Below are positions 8,560 through 16,536 of a DNA stretch of 16,536 bases, piece by piece. The translations under genes and the position numbers were made by a program. Positions within the stretch are counted from its first letter, which is position 1; each line of letters opens with the position of its first letter. Source of the stretch: Tubiluchus corallicola (lineage: Eukaryota; Animalia; Priapulida); the NCBI GenBank assembly GCA_030141605.1, contig JAQGDQ010002052.1:1-16536 (forward strand), written 5' to 3'. The notes below the pieces were generated by a model. That model did not search any database and was not told the origin of the DNA. It saw nothing but the letters and a program-made list of their open reading frames with translations.

Positions 8560-9225
8560 CCTCCTGGCAAACAGCAATACGGGTGCTCTTCATATGCTGA
8601 AATCTTCGAGATCCTCTATAAGGACGTACTACATTTAAATGTAAATTGTCCTATGTTGTCACTCTGTTAAGAATCAAGCCCTAATTCTGGTGTCTGATAT
8701 ATCACATGTCTGATGTGCTCCAATTGACCTTCCCTTTCTTGTGAACAAGTCTTTGGGTGCTTTGTCAACTGACATCAGTATACTAGCTCTGTCATATAGG
8801 CATACACATTCAGTCAGCTGCTCAGCAGGGCCGGCCTTAGGTAATTGGAGATTGGAGGCCCTAGGCGAAGTGAATTTGGTGGCCCCAAATGAAATAGAAA
8901 AATAAAAAATAAATTTACGCAATTTACCAGAGAGAGAGAGAGAGAAGAAAGAGGGAGAGAGAGAGAGAGCAGTGAATGAGAGAGAGAGGAGTGAATGAGA
9001 GAGAGAGAGAGGAAGAGAGAGGTGTGAGAGTGAGAGAGAGAGAGAGAGGAGGCAGTATGTTCGCATAAAGCAAAAAAATGTTACCTCGGCGTGAGGCCCC
9101 CCTGGAGGGTGAGGCCCTAGGCGGTTGCCTAGTTTGCCTATGCTGAAGGCCGGCCCTGTGCTCAGACAGCTCAGCTCTAGCAGTGTTGACACATCGCTTG
9201 CAATGTATTCCAAGCCATTTCTTAA
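8560..9225 (-). pseudogene. Decayed fragment of an Academ-like transposon protein (XPG-like to Cys-rich C-terminal region), split by a hAT MITE
   Basis: Minus-strand pieces across frameshifts: MAWNTLQA / DVSTLLELS (9166-9225), EQLTECVCLYDRASILMSVDKAPKDLFTRKGRSIGA (8716-8825) and QHMKS..AVCQ (8560-8599). They match, in order, the remembered invertebrate family pattern KKTAWxTW..DVT..LEL..LERFVxLLYDRTS..VNEARKxLFTxKGRSxxxIPPT..QHxKRAxYQ. Confidence 0.6.
8826..9158. mobile_element. hAT (Tip100-like) MITE, 333 bp, with an internal (GA)n tract
   Basis: TIR CAGGGCCGGCCTT / AAGGCCGGCCCTG; flanking duplication TGCTCAG (8819-8825, 9159-9165); GA-rich tract ~8929-9050. Confidence 0.92.
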
Positions 9226-9599
9226 TGTCTCTGTAAATTTGGTTGTGACCAATATTGACGATAAATACTGACAGGGCTGTTATGCACAATTTCGTATGGC
9301 TTATGATATGGCCTTTATAGAAACATTTCATTAGTTATATGGGACCAGTCCTATGGAATAGACTAAGCCGCAATTCAAAATGTAGTCACTCCCTTTCAAC
9401 TTTTAAAAAAACCGTCAGAAAAAATATTTCAAAAGTATTGAGAGTAACACAGTTTGATAATGGTAATCACCTGCATTCTTTTTCCTCAGTAATCTTAATA
9501 TAACGTGACTATGCTCAACAGGTTACTGAACACTTTATAATCATGATCACAGTTTTTCTTAGTTCTCGCTGCATTTCATCTTTCATTCACTACCCCCCC

Positions 9600-9853
9600 T
9601 CCACATTTATGTATATATTATCATTCAATTATTAATCACTTCTTTAAGATTTTCACGTACAGTTGGCCTGTCAAGCTATGCTTTTAGACTCAAACTGTAT
9701 GCATCAAAATTATTCTGTAATGTAATTTGCACATGTATATGCTAGATTTTGTAATTTCTATTTACTTCAGTGAAATTATCTGTATTTTTATTATAATTGT
9801 TAGATGCAGAGTGGAAATAAATAAACTTATACTTAACTTAAACTTATCAAACT
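9600..9853 (+). mobile_element. Probable CR1/L2-group LINE 3' UTR remnant
   Basis: GTCAAGCTATGCTTT stem-loop-like motif, T-rich UTR, then AATAAATAAACTTATACTTAACTTAAACTT (AATAAA plus an (AAACTT)n-like tail). Confidence 0.4.
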
Positions 9854-10351
9854 AAAATGTTTTATTTAAATTTTGTTCTCGAAAGATTTATTACCAGTGT
9901 CTGATAGCAAACGAAAGCTGTGTTAAATAGTGATTTTGATTAAATTGGTGATTAAATTAATGAATCAAGATTAAGTGCTGTACGATGCAAGATTAAACTA
10001 TCGTCATGGATAGAAGCCTAGTTAGGTGTGGCATAGCACGTGATCAGCTGATGCTCGACTGGCTGACTCAGAAGTAAAGATTGATGATGTAATCCTTATG
10101 CGCAGAAGCTCACGGCGCATTAGGTAGTTAGACAAAAGTGTTTTGAGGCCCGCGGGGGTGATGAGGAACTGACTTGAAGACGGAGGGCCTGCATTACTAT
10201 CCTCTTATATTTGCCGTGTTGTATCAGCACAAAAGTTACTTAACTTATAGACAGTCATTTCTTCGGCCATCTTGAAAATGGTAGCCATATTTGGTGATTT
10301 TCGATTGGCCCCCTCTCCAGAATAATCACTCTGATGGGTTCTAGTATTGTA

Positions 10352-10852
10352 AACCTAGCCACGGGGGGGGGGGGGGACAAGCCAGCCCAACTCAGTGCCA
10401 GTCCCAAGCCCGGATAAATAGGGAGGGTTAGGGTCAGAAAGGGCATCCGCCTGTAAAAACTGCGCCAAAACCTTCTATGAATGAGTCGGTGAGACTTAAA
10501 TGTAAAGCCCACAAAGAAGTGGTCAGACCCGCTCTAATCTGTGGGCTAGGAGCAGCTTCTCTAAAGAAGATCGAAGAGAAGAAAATGGGTGTGGTGGAGA
10601 TGAGGATGTTGAGATGGATGGTGGGAATAACAAGAAGAGATAAAATTAGAAATAATAATATCAGAGGAACAGTAAAAGTAGTGGAAGCCTCACAAGGTTG
10701 CGATGGTATGGACACCTGAAAAGAAGAGTCGGTGAAGATCATGTGGGAAGGGAAGACATAAATGAAGAGATGCTCAACAACAGGAATGCATGGAGAAGAC
10801 TTATTCACAACGGCGACCCTGTATGGGGAAAAGCTGGGAAGAAGAAGAAGAA
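10352..10852 (+). mobile_element. Bipartite non-autonomous RTE-clade (BovB/Expander/Rex3-like) retroposon, ~500 bp
   Basis: 19-bp TSD GATGGGTTCTAGTATTGTA (10333-10351, 10853-10871). 5'-UTR motif CCCAAGCCCGGATAAATAGGGAGGGTT...GGGCATCCGCCTGTAAAAAC; ORF C-terminal fragment VVRPALICGL...EMRMLRWMVGITRRDKIRNNNIRGTVKV; 3' GGCGACCC...GGG stem and (GAA)n tail. Confidence 0.92.
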
Positions 10853-10967
10853 GATGGGTTCTAGTATTGTATAAAGTTTCATAACTTTTAGGCAAAACAA
10901 ACAGGTTTTTCACCGTTCTGCTAGATTATATCTGTTCGGGCACTTTTTTCCTTATTGGGCTATTTAC

Positions 10968-11073
10968 CAGGGCCTATTTCAAGGGGGGAAGTGGGGATAC
11001 TTCCCCGGGGCTTCACCCTCCATGGGGTCCTCGCGCCAAGGTAACATTTCTTTGCTTTATGCGAACATACTGC

Positions 11074-11127
<54 letters not shown>

Positions 11128-11171
11128 ACTCACTCACTCACTCACTCACTCTCTCTGTCTCTCTCTGTTTT

Positions 11172-11209
<38 letters not shown>

Positions 11210-11213
11210 TTTT

Positions 11214-11270
<57 letters not shown>

Positions 11271-11529
11271 TCACGTGCGCCGTTTGCCAGTATTGACAAG
11301 TATTAAGGACTGGTCTTGAGAATAAAGCAGTTTTTCTTTCAGTTGTTCTTTCCTTTAACAACTGTATAACTCCATATTTTCTCTTCGAAAATGCTTCTCC
11401 GGCATTCTAGCAATTCAAAAATTTTCTTGGCGCCAACCACAGTAGCGCCCGGCCCCGGCGCTTCTTCCCCCCCATGGGCCCTCACACGCCCCACTTCCCC
11501 GGGCCTCGCCTAGGCTGAAATAGGCCCTG
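10968..11529. mobile_element. hAT MITE, 562 bp, with an internal ~190-bp (CT)n tract
   Basis: Perfect 14-bp TIR CAGGGCCTATTTCA; perfect 8-bp TSD CTATTTAC (10960-10967, 11530-11537); CT tract ~11076-11267. Confidence 0.95.
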
Positions 11530-11761
11530 CTATTTACAATGATATGCACAGACTTTCGAAAAGGCATCAGCTAAAAAAGGGCATTTGTTTAAAACTGACT
11601 TGCCGTATAAGCTATATTTACTGCAGAAATATTATGCAAAAATAAACATATTTTAATAGGGATGAGAATTTTCCTCGGATACGCGGAATTCCGGGTTCTT
11701 GGAAGACCAGTAGTGCCATTTTTGTAAATCGCGTAAATTCGTTGAGAAAATTTTTACGGAC

Positions 11762-11934
11762 CCAGTACATTATTTCACAAGCTGACCGCTAGTTGGCAGG
11801 CCGTCACTTTGTTTACATCACATACATCAGTGTAACCACGTGTATATCTCTATGTATAAAAATATAGAATCAATTGTGCGGAGTTATTTGAGTCAATTGC
11901 AGACAGTTTTTTATACTTTTGCATAGGAGTGGCC
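11762..11934 (+). mobile_element. Internally deleted copy of the element end at 1200-1480
   Basis: GACCGCTAGTTGGCAGGCCGTCACTTTGTTTACATCA...CAGTGTAACCA and GGAGTTATTTGAGTCAA...ATACTTTTGCATAG match 1214-1267 and ~1424-1479. Confidence 0.8.
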
Positions 11935-12186
11935 AGTACTTAGAGGGTCTCTATGGTCACAAAATTGCAATTTGTTGCTGCCTACGGCCTGTTTCAGAGT
12001 TTCTTGCAATTTGTCATTTTCATCCCAGTTTTTAATAAGTGGTAAATTTACTCAAATCCTCTAGTGTCAGGACCTTGCTGGGTGGTGTATTAGTGGAACA
12101 AAAAACTTCCTTTAAATTTCAGAGTTTGCCATTTCCATATTGTTCGATGCGTAGACTTGTAAGTTTTGCAAAGTGTTCATGTAATA

Positions 12187-12445
12187 TAATAATAACAATA
12201 ATAATAATCTTTATTTAAAGTCGGCTTTTGGGTCAACAATTAACATTAGCTCAAAGAGCTATTATCGCCGACTGTAAATAACAACCTACAACTACTTAGC
12301 CTACTTTTACCCTAAATACCACGCGTCAAGCAGGGCAAAGCAGACACCATTTTTAAAGTCTTTGGTATGACCCGGCCGCTGGTTCGAACTCACGACCTTC
12401 CAGACGGAAAACAGACGCATTACCACTAGACTAAACCGTCTGGTC
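12187..12445 (-). mobile_element. tRNA-headed SINE with a Meta/MESC-like central domain and a LINE-like tail
   Basis: Minus strand: A box TAGTCTAGTGG (12423-12433), B box GTTCGAACC (12381-12389), then GGTCATACCAAAGACTTTAAAAATGG as in Meta/MESC SINEs; ends AATAAAG plus (ATT)n. An (AT)n tract lies at 12450-12468. Confidence 0.85.
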
Positions 12446-12555
12446 AACGATATATATATATATATATACTTTTTTAAGTCTACAAGATATTGTGTTTACC
12501 TAGTATATTATTTTGATGTACGGTTAAATTTAGCAAAGAGGTCCTATAACCTGTG

Positions 12556-12856
12556 TGTGAAAGTCATGTGATTGTTGTTCACTCACTTTGTTATGATTGT
12601 GTTTAGGCACAGAAGTATGAATAAGAATACAGAATCTATAATACATATTTGCACTGCACACAACAGAAAAGTGTTTATTAAAACTACAGAAACATGAGTA
12701 GCATGACTGCTGCACTGAACACTGAGAGAGTGAGAGTGTCCTGCACTGAACACTGAGAGTATGCATTCACAATTATACTGAAGTAGTCAGCTGGTAGAAT
12801 GTAACAGGATTAGCCCATAGATGGCAGCACCTAATTACAATGTACAATTCCAACTT
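12556..12856 (+). repeat. Dispersed repeat copy 1 (direct copy at 14480-14881; partial copy at 12951-13019)
   Basis: Shared blocks CTTTGTTATGATTG.GTTTAGGCACAGA, GCACACAACAGAAAAGTGTTTATT and TTATACTGAAG...CCCATAGATGGCAGCACCTAATTA. Confidence 0.85.
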
Positions 12857-13146
12857 CCACACTGTGGGCTATTTGCCCCACGTTGTCATTTTGTGCACAC
12901 AAACACAAAGTTATTTTTTACAGATCAAAAAGTTTTCAATTTAGGCACAAACAGTTATACTGAAGTAGTCAGCTGGTAGAATGTAGCAGGATTAGCCCAT
13001 AGATGGCAGCACCTAATTAATTTAGGCGCTGACAGTGTACTTGCTATGACAAAATACTTTCAATTACAAAAATTTACAATCTTGACTCTTGGAATGAGCA
13101 AAATTAATTTATCGTCATAGTTATTTTGTCAGACCAATTTCAATTA

Positions 13147-13570
13147 CCGTATTTTCCCATGTATAAGAGACACTTGTGTATAAGAGACCCCTTCAATTTT
13201 TAGGCAAAAATTCTGGAAAAAAGTTTTTTGGTAATGAATAACTTTATTCATCATAGAAATCATTAAATTCCTCATCACTCTCATCAAAAATATCAACTGG
13301 AGTCAGACCTTCAGCAATTCCAGCCAGTTCATCATCAGAGGAGTCACTCTGCTCAAAAATGGCATTGTCCTCTGTGCCGTCCATGGCATTGGAGATGCCA
13401 CACTTCTTGAAAGATTTAATAATGACCTCTGGCTTTACACCATTCCATGCCTTGAAGACCCAGCTGCAGACTTCTCCAAGGGTTGGCTTACTCCCATGTA
13501 TAAGAGACCCCCTATTTTTAAAGTGAAAATTCTGAGCAAAAAAGGGTCTCTTATACATGGGAAAATACGG
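13147..13570 (-). mobile_element. Internally deleted pogo/Tc2-group DNA transposon (424 bp) retaining the transposase C-terminus
   Basis: 25-bp TIR CCGTATTTTCCCATGTATAAGAGAC; TA TSD (13145-13146, 13571-13572). Minus strand 13244-13490 encodes KPTLGEVCSWVFKAWNGVKPEVIIKSFKKCGISNAMDGTEDNAIF plus an acidic tail, typical of pogo/POGK-like transposases. Confidence 0.95.
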
Positions 13571-13700
13571 TACTATGTATTTCATTGCTTTGAAAAGGAC
13601 AAACGGTTCATTTATAATTTCGACTCAATATGCTCGCCTACTATACCGAAATGATTACTGATGTATTATAAATTAGTTAATAGAAATGAGGCACAATTAA

Positions 13701-14146
13701 CCCTTTCAGTCCCAAATTATTTTTTTAATAAGAAAAAAAATTTGGCTTGGTACTTTTGTCCAGTATGTCCATCTTGTTTACACATAATAATTATTTTTCT
13801 CTACCTAAATATAGCCTGTATCCCACGGGATACATTGGGATTCAATGGGAGCATAAAATGTGCTTCATTTTGCAACTGCTGATAATTTTTTAAAGTATTT
13901 AAGACATTTAGTATGCACGCCATGCTGATCTCTACAAAGTCGTCTCTAAAGTACTGTACCTTGCGCAGTTTTTTATGCTATGTAGATTTTCTAGTTTGCC
14001 ATTTTATCACCATTTTTAGTCTATTGTTATTGGCTTAAATCAAAATAACTATTAACAGATCAAATAACTGTCAGTTTTAAAATTTTATTGATTTTAAAGA
14101 TAGAAAATATTCTCGTATCCCACGGGATACAACGGGTATGAAAGGG
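13701..14146. mobile_element. piggyBac-like MITE, 446 bp
   Basis: TTAA|CCCTTTCAGTCCC ... GGGTATGAAAGGG|TTAA (TIR 11/13); TTAA at 13697-13700 and 14147-14150. Confidence 0.88.
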
Positions 14147-14479
14147 TTAATAGTTTTGGTGAAATTGGAACGTGGCACATTACAGTGTTAATGCGTTGAC
14201 ATGTTACATTGAACTAGCACATTTCTCTTTAGGTTGACATGTGATACATTTCCCCCCAACAAGGCAAATGGTCAGAATTTGTATAGGGAGTGAAACAGTG
14301 GTCACTCATCCATGCACTGGCCTGCCTTAGCAACATTGCAGTGTTTAACTTTGGTTGCCAAGCATGCATAGTGACCTGAATATTCCTTTCACTTAAAATA
14401 TAAACCAGCTTTAGTTTACAATAGCATTTTATTAACAAAAATGCTGGTGGTAATGATAGAAGACAACAGCAATTACAAA

Positions 14480-14881
14480 TGTGAAAGTTATGTTTGAAGT
14501 TGTTGTTCAGTCGCTTTGTTATGATTGAGTTTAGGCACAGAGAAGTATGAATAGGAACCAAAAATCTATAATAAATATTTGCAATGCACACAACAGAAAA
14601 GTGTTTATTGAATAGCAAAACTGTTGCACTGAACATCGAGGAAAAACTATAAACCAAAAATAGTCAGTAAAACCTGTTTCACAGCCAGTACGCAGGTATT
14701 GAACTTTACCTATGCAGAGTTGCACAGGCTTCACAACAACCATTACGTTTAAATAGAGAGAGGACCAGTGTGCATGCCTTCACTGGACCATACAATTATA
14801 CTGAAGGTAAGTCAGTTGGTAGAATGTAACAGGATTAACCCATAGATGGCAGCACCTAATTACAATATACAAGTCCAACTT
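14480..14881 (+). repeat. Dispersed repeat copy 2
   Basis: Aligns with 12556-12856, with extra sequence at ~14640-14790. Confidence 0.85.
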
Positions 14882-15107
14882 ACAAAGCAGCTTGCATTAA
14901 ACTGTGCACACCAATATTGGCATTTCTGCGTTGGTAATAGAATTATTAGTCGCTGAAGTGAAGAAGTAGTGTTGTGTTTGAACCCTGCATTTTCGTGGTT
15001 AACAGCCATATATAAAACTGTATCATCAAACTGCAACTCTTTGTGATAACAATTTAAATATATATTGAAACAACTTGCAGCTCTTTTTAGATTGCTGTTC
15101 ATAAATG

Positions 15108-15742
15108 ATTAGAGTTTGATTATTACGAATTAGAGTTCGATTATTACGAATTAGAGTTCGATTATTACGAATTACAGTTCGATTACTACGAATTAGAGTT
15201 TGATTATTACGAATTAGAGTTCGATTATTACGAGTTAGAGTTCGATTATTACGAATTAGAGATTGATTATTACGAGTTAGAGTTTGATTATTACGAATTA
15301 GAGTTCGATTATTACGAATTAGAGTTCGATTATTACGAATTAGAGTTCGATTATTACGAATTACAGTTTGATTATTACGAATTACAGTTTGATTATTACG
15401 AATTAGAGTTCGATTATTACGAATTAGAGTTCGATTATTACGAATTAGAGGTTGATTATTACGAATTAGAGTTCGATTATTACGAATTAGAGTTCGATTA
15501 TTACGAATTAGAGTTCGATTATTACGAATTACAGTTTGATTATTACGAATTAGAGTTCGATTATTACGAATTAGAGTTCGATTATTACGAATTAGAGTTC
15601 GATTATTACGAATTAGAGTTCGATTATTACGAATTAGAGTTTGATTATTACGAATTAGAGTTCGATTATTACGAATTAGAGTTCGATTATTACGAATTAG
15701 AGTTCGATTATTACGAATTAGAGTTTGATTATTACGAATTAG
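15108..15742 (+). repeat. 21-bp minisatellite, 30 units of ATTAGAGTTCGATTATTACGA
   Basis: Strict 21-bp periodicity over 15108-15737; variants are mostly TTCG>TTTG and TTAG>TTAC. Confidence 0.98.
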
Positions 15743-16100
15743 TATTTTGTTGAAGCGTTGATTTTTAATAAAAAATTATAAAATTTATTGAACTTGTAGG
15801 TTGTTTATTAATGAAATACCCTTCTTTATGCTCGAGGTAGCGGAAAATGTCTCCTGTAGACGGGCTTAACAAACTCAGGAGGCCCTAACTCACACAAACG
15901 TCAAAAAATTGACATTTGAAATAAATTTAAAAAATTAACATATAAACTTTTTTAGCCGTCATGGGATATGAATGTCATATAAGTGTGTATTGTATTTTTA
16001 GTTGTGAAATCTGGCCTCATTATTGGTATGTGCAACTATGGAATAGTTTCAGTGATGGTTTATTAGGTAGAAATCTGGTGACAAGGGTTGGGATTATTTC

Positions 16101-16410
16101 TTTTTTCCTGTGAATCTTGTTTCCTGTGACTTTTGACTTTATTACCTGTGACTTTATTACCTGTGACTTTTTACCCGTGACTTTTTTACCCGTGACTATT
16201 TTACCCGTGACTTTTTTACCCGTGACCGTGATTTTTTTACCAGTGACTTTTTTACCCCTTGACTTTTTTACCTGTGACCTTTTTATCGGTGACTTTTTAC
16301 CCGTGACTTTTTTACCTGTGACTTTTTACCGCTGACTTTTTTACACGTGACTTTTTTACCTGTGTCTTTTTACCTGTAACTTTTTTACCTGTGACTTTAT
16401 TACCTGGATT
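16101..16410 (+). repeat. Degenerate ~15-bp tandem array TTTTTTACC(T/C)GTGAC, possibly the subrepeat-containing end of a Foldback/MULE-like element
   Basis: About 20 units of 14-16 bp ending ...TTACCTGGATT; no inverted partner in the window. Confidence 0.75.
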
Positions 16411-16536
16411 TGGAAATCTAATCTGAATAAAGGATATTAGAATCAACTGGGGATCAGTAAAACCTGAAGTCTGTCAGTGGTGTGGGACTATTTTTTCTTC
16501 TTTTTCACACGGAGGGTAACAAATTTCATTGTTTTA

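Noticed and set aside
10007-10078. Short ORF MDRSLVRCGIARDQLMLDWLTQK resembling PI3K p85 RDQYLMWLTQK
   Set aside because: Only 23 codons, needs a gap, flanks do not match and there are no supporting exons; probably chance.
8674-11361. Leu/Ser- and Arg/Glu-rich ORFs (8674..9252, 8924..9331, 11022..11306, 11059..11319, 11146..11361)
   Set aside because: Translations of (CT/GA)n tracts inside MITEs.
11657-12027. Ac-like hAT element TAGGGATGAGAATT ... ATTTTCATCCCA
   Set aside because: The right TIR is imperfect and the flanks match only 6/8 (TATTTTAA vs GTTTTTAA) in AT-rich sequence.
12370-12445. Functional tRNA gene
   Set aside because: A and B boxes are present, but the acceptor stem pairs poorly and the sequence runs into a SINE body with no Pol III terminator.
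13244-13585. Intact 113-aa gene
   Set aside because: The ORF starts outside the element, reads through the TIR and joins only the transposase C-terminus; the DNA-binding and catalytic regions are deleted.
16117-16335. (FLPVT)n repeat protein
   Set aside because: Translation of a 15-bp tandem array whose 14- and 16-bp units break the frame.

Overview
AT-rich animal (probably invertebrate) nuclear DNA; nothing prokaryotic and no CRISPR array. The only convincing host coding sequence is a GC-rich terminal exon at 5065-5883 (+), beginning DKHAHLCIHGFLDDVMGQLCEELKVEIP, which matches the end of the class IV sirtuin (SIRT6-type) catalytic domain and continues into an unusually long (~240 aa) tail. 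Positions 1-5064 are therefore probably one long intron. It holds a ~1.3 kb foldback palindrome, a second ~490 bp inverted-repeat pair, 59-bp and 93-bp tandem repeats, and a 32 x 17-bp minisatellite of ACTAAC branch-point/Quaking motifs directly before the acceptor. After the stop is a ~165-bp triplication, each unit carrying an RFX X-box. The remainder is a mosaic of non-autonomous elements: Kolobok-like, three hAT MITEs, an Academ-like relic, a bipartite RTE retroposon with a 19-bp TSD, a tRNA/Meta(MESC)-type SINE, a pogo/Tc2 deletion derivative, a piggyBac MITE, dispersed repeats with a CTCF-like motif and two more minisatellites. All family assignments come from recognising motifs by eye; no database search was run.
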